This document shows positions 25,094 to 30,240 of a stretch of 30,240 bases of DNA, piece by piece. Under the pieces are notes generated by a model. The model was not told where the DNA came from. It saw only the letters and a list, made by a program, of their open reading frames with translations, and did not search any database. Each line of letters starts with the position of its first letter. The first letter of the stretch is position 1. The stretch is taken from the IMG/VR virus record IMGVR_UViG_3300025653_000174, positions 1 through 30,240 of that record; one strand, given 5' to 3'. A program made the translations under genes and the position numbers. The DNA is from a virus. Lineage: Duplodnaviria > Caudoviricetes.

Positions 25094-25763
25094 CGTAGCT
25101 AAGTACTACAACAACCAGGATCACCAAAACTTTGCTCTTGATTTCTTGCAGGATCATATTCCTGAAGGGATCTTGGCAAAGTTTTCTGATCTTTGGCGGT
25201 CAGGACCTAAAAATACTCTTCCTAATAATCAACACGGAGTACTTCTCAAAGTCCCGTATGAATATCAACTTGATAACGCAAGTGGTACTGGCTGGCGTGA
25301 GTGCTTTAGCTCTAGCTGCGCCATGGTAGCTAGGTACTACGGCAAAGTAAAGAACGACGACGAATACAACCGGATTAGAAAGCGCTACGGAGACTCAACA
25401 AACAGCCAAGCTCAGCTTGACACCCTTGAGTACCTTGGACTACGCGCTAAATTCATTCAGAACGGCTCCCCAGAGCTCCTCAGACGCGAGTTAGACGCGG
25501 GTAGGCCTGTTGTAGTCGGTTGGCTACACAAAGGCCCTGTAGGGGCTCCTAGCGGGGGCGGACACTACTCTGTTGTTATTGGGTATCAAACCGGTGCTTG
25601 GATACATCACGACCCTAATGGTGAAGCCGATATGGTCCGTGGAGGCTATACCAATCACAGCAAAGGTAAAGAGGTGGTTTATAGCCAGAAAAATTGGAAC
25701 AAAAGGTGGGAAGTAGAAGGTCCAGGTTCTGGGTGGGCTATTTTGATTGAGAACCCGTCCTAA
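25071..25763 (+). CDS. C39-like cysteine peptidase, putative endolysin
   Basis: VPYEYQLD...ECFSSSCAM...GHYSVVIGY...HDP gives a papain-fold Cys/His/Asp set; flanked by two membrane peptides. Confidence 0.75.
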   Translation: MDEISLRDVAKYYNNQDHQNFALDFLQDHIPEGILAKFSDLWRSGPKNTLPNNQHGVLLKVPYEYQLDNASGTGWRECFSSSCAMVARYYGKVKNDDEYNRIRKRYGDSTNSQAQLDTLEYLGLRAKFIQNGSPELLRRELDAGRPVVVGWLHKGPVGAPSGGGHYSVVIGYQTGAWIHHDPNGEADMVRGGYTNHSKGKEVVYSQKNWNKRWEVEGPGSGWAILIENPS

Positions 25764-25768
25764 TTTCC

Positions 25769-25933
25769 ATGGACTTTACTGATCCCGCTGTGCAAGCAGC
25801 ATTGTGGTCACTAGCTTTTGTTCTGTCTGAACTGGTTGGTGCATCCAAACTTAAAGAAAACAGCCTCGTACAATTGGGGTTGAAGGCGTTCCGTGTTTTG
25901 TATGGCAGCTTCTCCAAAAAAGTCTCTAAATAA
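25769..25933 (+). CDS. Small membrane protein, holin-like (54 aa, not in ORF track)
   Basis: MDFTDPAVQAALWSLAFVLSELVGASKLKENSLVQLGLKAFRVLYGSFSKKVSK: hydrophobic helix, amphipathic helix, basic tail. Confidence 0.7.
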   Translation: MDFTDPAVQAALWSLAFVLSELVGASKLKENSLVQLGLKAFRVLYGSFSKKVSK

Positions 25934-26174
25934 GACAGAAGGTCTCGCATCAGAAGACGATCTGTATTCGCTACACCGTTTGGTGGCTACGAAACTGATT
26001 GATCAACTGAATCGTGATGACGTAAAAGCTTCTGACCTTGCTAACGCTATTAAGTTCCTCAAGGATCAAGGTATTACTGCCCTTAACGGTGGTGACGTTA
26101 GCGCTATCTCCGAGATGATTTCTGCACTCCCAGAGGTAGATATCAAAAAGGTTAGAAGCTATATTGGTGCATAG
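25902..26174 (+). CDS. terS: Terminase small subunit (gp18-like)
   Basis: ASEDDLYSLH...ASDLANAIKFLKDQGI matches the T7 gp18-type motif; ATG at 25902. Confidence 0.88.
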   Translation: MAASPKKSLNKTEGLASEDDLYSLHRLVATKLIDQLNRDDVKASDLANAIKFLKDQGITALNGGDVSAISEMISALPEVDIKKVRSYIGA

Positions 26175-26200
26175 GGACACAAACCCTATATGTACCAACC

Positions 26201-26242
26201 AAGGCCCCCAGTATGGTGATTCACTCGCCATCTGGGGGTTTT
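26201..26242 (+). terminator. Long terminator-like hairpin between terS and the HNH gene
   Basis: AAGGCCCCCAG/CTGGGGGTTTT outer stem plus ATGGTGA/TCGCCAT inner stem, followed by a T-rich stretch. Confidence 0.55.
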
Positions 26243-26587
26243 GTGTATTTAACGCCAGATGCAGCTATGGCTAACCTCCAAGCGCTACAGCGACGAGAAG
26301 CAGTCAAGCAGTGGAGACAATCAATCAAAGATGCGTTCGGTTGTAAATGTGCCTACTGCGGCACTAAAAGTGAAAAGCTGACTCTTGATCACATCCACCC
26401 CAAAACCAAAGGGGGAGAGGATCTAGCCACTAACATTGTTCCCGCTTGCAGCCGTTGTAACCACGAAAAAGGAAGTAATAACTGGAGAATGTGGTTTAAA
26501 AGCCGTCCTGACTATTGTGAGGAGCGTGAGTTTGTCATCGAACAATGGATGAATTGCCTCCTATGCCCAATCTCAATCTCTCCTTAG
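26213..26587 (+). CDS. HNH endonuclease (start uncertain: 26213, 26243 or 26267)
   Basis: CAYCG...LTLDHIHPKTKGG...NIVPACSRCNHEKG, a Zn-finger HNH motif. Confidence 0.92.
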   Translation: MVIHSPSGGFVYLTPDAAMANLQALQRREAVKQWRQSIKDAFGCKCAYCGTKSEKLTLDHIHPKTKGGEDLATNIVPACSRCNHEKGSNNWRMWFKSRPDYCEEREFVIEQWMNCLLCPISISP

Positions 26588-26745
26588 AGCAATCCCTAAG
26601 GGTAGAGAGGATACGGCGAGAGATTCCAAACGCCTCTAGGGAAGACCTGGAGAAAATGACGCTTGAGTTAACAAGAATGAATTTGATCCTGCAGAATAAC
26701 CTGAGCCAAGTATTTAAATGGGCTCACGATGCCAAGGCCGAATAA
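26545..26745 (+). CDS. nblA: NblA-like phycobilisome degradation adaptor
   Basis: 66 aa, two-helix pattern with LSLEQ, S-R-E-D-L at the start of helix 2, and M.L...N....V.K.W, matching NblA spacing. Confidence 0.7.
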   Translation: MDELPPMPNLNLSLEQSLRVERIRREIPNASREDLEKMTLELTRMNLILQNNLSQVFKWAHDAKAE

Positions 26746-28483
26746 ACAAACAGAAAAGCTTATCCAGGAAGCTGTAGAAAGTTTTCCTGTTTTTGCTACT
26801 CACCTTTGGCACTACCTTCGTCTACCAAGCCCCACACCGGTTCAGTATCAACTTGCTGACTACCTGCAGAACGGTCCTGACAGGCGGATCATCATGGCGT
26901 ACAGGGGCTGCGGTAAAAGCTTCCTGACAGCTGGTTACGTCCTGTGGAGGCTACGGAGAAACCCAGACACTAAGGTGCTGGTGATCTCTGCAGCTCAAGA
27001 CCGTGCAGATGCGTTCAGTGTGTTTTGCCATGACCTGCTTCGGAACTGGTTCATGGTCAAAGATCTATTTCCAAGCGATACCCAGCGGTTTAGCAAGGTT
27101 GCGTTTGATGTCTACGGTGCAAAACCAGACCAAAGCCCCAGCGTCCGATCAAGCGGTATCTTCGGTCAAATCACTGGAAGCCGTGCTGATCTCATCGTTG
27201 CTGATGACGTTGAAACACCCCAGTCCTGTGAAACCCAACTGATCCGAGACAAGCTACGGGAGTCGATTAAAGAGTTTGACTCGGTGATCAAGCCTGGTGG
27301 TGAGATCGTGTTCCTTGGAACCCCTCACACCCAAGACAGTATTTACGCAAAGCTTGAGCTAGCTGGTTACTCCTGCCGGATCTGGCCTGCTTTATACCCC
27401 ACTGCAAAGAAGCTTAAGAACTACTACGGAGACCGCTTAGCACCCAAGATCCTTACAGATCTAGAAGAAGACAAAAGCCTTGCTGGACATCCTGTAGACC
27501 CTAAACGTTTTGATTGGGAAGAACTAGAAGCTCGACAGCTTTCTATTGGACGTTCAACGTTCAACCTCCAGTTCCTCCTCGACATCTCCCTAAGCGACGA
27601 GGAGCGATTTCCCCTCAAGCTCAAAGACCTTTGTGTGTTCCGCCTAAACCGCGAGAAAGGCCCAGATAAGGTCGTGTGGATGGCTAACGGCGATAAAGCC
27701 CTAGACCTTCCTTCTGTTGGTCTTCACGGCGATCTGTTCTACAAGCCTGCCCAGATTGGCTCTGAGTTTCTGGATTACACCGGGGTTGTCATGAGTGTTG
27801 ACCCCTCTGGACGCGGCTCTGACGAGCTCGGTTACGCAGTAGTCGCCTACTTGAACGGTAACCTCTTCCTTCTCGCTAGCGGTGGACTTCGAGGCGGTTA
27901 CAGCGAACCGAATCTGAAAAAGCTGTCTCTTATCGCTAAAGAGTTCAAGGTCAAACAAATATTGGTCGAAAGCAACCTCGGCCTCGGGATGTTCTCGGAG
28001 CTTCTCAAACGCTACCTTGGCGTGATTTACCCCTGCTCTATTGAAGAGGTCCGACACACAAAACAAAAGGAAGTCAGGATTATTGACACCCTTGAGCCTG
28101 TCCTTAATCAACACCGGTTGATGGTTGACACGGACGTAGTCACTCAAGACCTTGCCTCCACTGAGTGCTATCCAAGCGAAACTCGTTCCCAATACCAGCT
28201 CTTCTTCCAGCTCACCCGTATTACTAAGGAGAAGAACAGTATCCGGCATGACGACCGCTTAGACGCTTTGGCAATGGCTGTGCAGTACTTTACGGAGTCC
28301 ATGGCTCAAACGGAAAAGCAAGCTATGGACGCTCGTTTGGCTGAACAGTGGGAACTGGAACGAAAGTTTATCCAAGGCGATGGTGGCCTCTCTATTGATG
28401 CCATTGGATACGCAACAAGCCTTGAAGACCTTCAAAAAGCCTCTATGGCATCCATAGGCGGTTGTAACTGGCTCGATTCGTAA
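26729..28483 (+). CDS. terL: Terminase large subunit (gp19-like)
   Basis: AYRGCGKS Walker A, GQITGSRADLIVADDVE Walker B, LGTP, VDPSGRGSDE nuclease motif and HDDRLDAL. Confidence 0.98.
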   Translation: MPRPNKQTEKLIQEAVESFPVFATHLWHYLRLPSPTPVQYQLADYLQNGPDRRIIMAYRGCGKSFLTAGYVLWRLRRNPDTKVLVISAAQDRADAFSVFCHDLLRNWFMVKDLFPSDTQRFSKVAFDVYGAKPDQSPSVRSSGIFGQITGSRADLIVADDVETPQSCETQLIRDKLRESIKEFDSVIKPGGEIVFLGTPHTQDSIYAKLELAGYSCRIWPALYPTAKKLKNYYGDRLAPKILTDLEEDKSLAGHPVDPKRFDWEELEARQLSIGRSTFNLQFLLDISLSDEERFPLKLKDLCVFRLNREKGPDKVVWMANGDKALDLPSVGLHGDLFYKPAQIGSEFLDYTGVVMSVDPSGRGSDELGYAVVAYLNGNLFLLASGGLRGGYSEPNLKKLSLIAKEFKVKQILVESNLGLGMFSELLKRYLGVIYPCSIEEVRHTKQKEVRIIDTLEPVLNQHRLMVDTDVVTQDLASTECYPSETRSQYQLFFQLTRITKEKNSIRHDDRLDALAMAVQYFTESMAQTEKQAMDARLAEQWELERKFIQGDGGLSIDAIGYATSLEDLQKASMASIGGCNWLDS

Positions 28484-28498
28484 GTCCACTCAGAATCG

Positions 28499-28584
28499 CC
28501 TAGAAGGCCCCTGAAAAACCTTTTAGGGGTCAGAGTACCTAAAAGGGATTAGAGGGGCCTTCCTGGGGCTTCTAGGGGCCTCTC
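28499..28584. repeat. Nested inverted repeats (long hairpin/cruciform) downstream of terL
   Basis: GAAGGCCCCT (28503-12)/AGGGGCCTTC (28553-62) and CCTTTTAGG (28519-27)/CCTAAAAGG (28538-46), both perfect. Confidence 0.75.
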
Positions 28585-28757
28585 AGGACATTAAAGGCTC
28601 ACCAGAGTTCCACATTGTTTTGAGATACGCCTCTAGGAACTCCTCGGGGTGTTGTTCCTTGGTTGCTGCTTCAATCACCAAGTTCCAATACACCTTGCGG
28701 TCAAGCTCTAGGTGGATCTGAAATTTCTCTCTGTTTGGTCCAATCCACACGGTGGGT

Positions 28758-28861
28758 CTTACGCCAAGAACAGCCAGAGGTTAACCACCCCTCTAAGTGC
28801 TTACGTCAAGAACAGCCACCTCTAAAACTGGACCCCTCAACGACTTACGCTCTTGACAGCC
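28758..28861 (+). repeat. Three imperfect direct repeats with 42-44 bp period
   Basis: CTTACGCCAAGAACAGCC (28758), CTTACGTCAAGAACAGCC (28800), CTTACGCTCTTGACAGCC (28844). Confidence 0.75.
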
Positions 28862-29029
28862 GTGCTTAGAGTGTATTTAAAAGTATTTAAAGAGCTCTTT
28901 TAAAAAGGGTCTTTTACTGTTGTCTTATTGATAACGTTTGTTATCGTTTTAAGAGAAGGTTTAAAAAGGGTTTTAAAGAGGTTCTTCTGCTGCTATCTTT
29001 AAGTGCCTCTTTAAAAGCCTCTAAAAACC

Positions 29030-29668
29030 ATGAGTACTGTTGAACTAGTTACGGTTACTCCAAAGGCAGAAGAACTCATTGTTTACATGGCTAGGGTTAG
29101 TAATCCTAGTAATCAAGAAAGTAATAACAACAACGAACGTTTAATTAACTACCTAATTACCCATAAACACTGGTCTCCTTTTGAGATGTGTCATATGGTC
29201 CTGGAGATCAACACCACAAGATCTATTGCTGCACAAATCCTGAGACACAGATCGTTCTCGTTTCAAGAGTTCTCTCAGCGATATGCAGATGTCAAAGAAC
29301 TTGGATATCCCTATGTTCCTCACCTCAGAAGACAAGACCTGAAAAACAGACAAAACTCTATTGATGATCTCAACTCTGAAAAGACTCAGCTGTACTACAG
29401 AAGGATTAAACAGCTGTTTGAAGAATCAACAGACCTGTATCGAGAAATGGTTTCTAACGGTATAGCTAAAGAAACAGCTAGAGACATCCTTCCCCTAGCT
29501 ACTCCAACCAAAATGTATATGGCTGGTTCTATCCGTAGTTGGATTCACTACATCGATCTAAGGTCTCAAAACGGGACTCAGATGGAACACATGGTTATTG
29601 CTCAACAAGCAAAAGAGATCTTTTGTAAAGAATTACCTACTATTGGTAAAGCTCTTACTTGGCTGTAG
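29030..29668 (+). CDS. thyX: FAD-dependent thymidylate synthase ThyX
   Basis: ARVS, HWSPFE, the signature QILRHRSFSFQEFSQRY, KETARDILP and RSWIHYIDLR. Confidence 0.97.
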   Translation: MSTVELVTVTPKAEELIVYMARVSNPSNQESNNNNERLINYLITHKHWSPFEMCHMVLEINTTRSIAAQILRHRSFSFQEFSQRYADVKELGYPYVPHLRRQDLKNRQNSIDDLNSEKTQLYYRRIKQLFEESTDLYREMVSNGIAKETARDILPLATPTKMYMAGSIRSWIHYIDLRSQNGTQMEHMVIAQQAKEIFCKELPTIGKALTWL

Positions 29669-29670
29669 CC

Positions 29671-29886
29671 GTGGCTAGAAACTACCGTAAGGAATACGAC
29701 AACTACCACTCATCGCCAGAACAGCGGGAGAACCGTAGTAGCCGTAATAAGGCTCGTAGGAAGCTCGCTAAGGCTGGTTACAACCTCAAAGGCAAGGACG
29801 TAGACCATAAGGACGGTAATCCCAAAAACAACGGGCGTAAGAACCTTCGGGTTGTGTCTAAAGAGTATAACCGGTCTAAGAAATAA
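29671..29886 (+). CDS. Small HNH endonuclease-like protein
   Basis: RNYRKEY...DVDHKDGNPKNN..NLRVV...NR. GTG at 29671 preferred over the overlapping TTG at 29659. Confidence 0.85.
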   Translation: MARNYRKEYDNYHSSPEQRENRSSRNKARRKLAKAGYNLKGKDVDHKDGNPKNNGRKNLRVVSKEYNRSKK

Positions 29887-29954
29887 TCCCGAGCGGTGTT
29901 AAAAAGTTCTAAAAGGTTTTAGCAATACTAAATGTTCCCGATAGGGAGAGTTTT

Positions 29955-29981
29955 AGAGGGTCCTAAGGGGTCCTCTTTTTT
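29955..29981 (+). terminator. Intrinsic terminator at the end of the late region
   Basis: AGAGGGTCC-TAAG-GGGTCCTCT (two G-U pairs) followed by a T run. Confidence 0.75.
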
Positions 29982-30080
29982 ATTTTTGAAAGGGGTGAAA
30001 GGTTTTTGCTTCAGATTTTTGAGCACTAGTTAGCGTTAACGCCCCGGCCCGTTACCCCCTGGGGGGCCTTTAATCCGCCT

Positions 30081-30095
30081 TGATAATGATTCTCA
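30081..30095. promoter_or_regulatory. Fur-box-like 7-1-7 inverted repeat
   Basis: TGATAAT-G-ATTCTCA, one mismatch from the TGATAAT-N-ATTATCA consensus, in non-coding DNA. Confidence 0.5.
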
Positions 30096-30240
30096 GTCGC
30101 AATAAATGGCTGTCCGAGGGGTCTTAAGGCGAAATCGTTATGAGTTTGGGGAAGTTTTGAGGGATTGATAAGTGCAGCTAATAGGTGGCGACAAATGATA
30201 AGCAAAAGTTATCGGTATATATTCACGCGCTCGAGGCCGC

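Noticed and set aside
28758-28861. Mini CRISPR array
   Set aside because: Repeats are only 18 bp and degenerate, the spacers resemble each other, and there are no cas genes.
28663-28869. 68-aa ORF with repeated RQEQP
   Set aside because: TTG start with no RBS; the peptide repeat is a by-product of the DNA repeats.
28853-28881. Canonical sigma70 promoter for thyX
   Set aside because: TTGACA is perfect but the 17-bp-spaced -10 reads TTTAAA, a poor match; kept only as a possibility within a finding.
1-30240. tRNA, rRNA, integrase, introns/inteins or photosystem genes (psbA, hli)
   Set aside because: None recognised by eye; terL and thyX are uninterrupted and of normal length.

Overview
Right-hand ~30 kb (late/structural half) of a T7-like podovirus genome (Autographiviridae-type gene order), most likely a cyanophage infecting a phycobilisome-containing host. 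Almost everything is on the + strand: C-terminus of a ribonucleotide reductase alpha subunit and its beta subunit, gp7.3/gp6.5-like small genes, portal, scaffold, an enlarged major capsid protein, tail tubular A and B, three internal virion proteins (the gp15-like one ending in an M23 peptidase), a mosaic tail fibre with an S74 chaperone domain, a cluster of tiny basic proteins, a lysis-like cassette (C39-like peptidase between two membrane peptides), TerS, HNH, an NblA-like gene, TerL, a structured non-coding block, thyX, a second HNH and a probable genome-end region. The most notable observations are the NblA-like gene in the packaging module, a tail fibre built from two ~1.1-1.2 kb units that share short DNA-identical junctions, Fur-box-like and LysR-like sites at the window end, a 32-bp intergenic motif that occurs twice, and a Tyr-less RNR beta subunit. 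All calls come from motif recognition and synteny by eye; no database searches were run.
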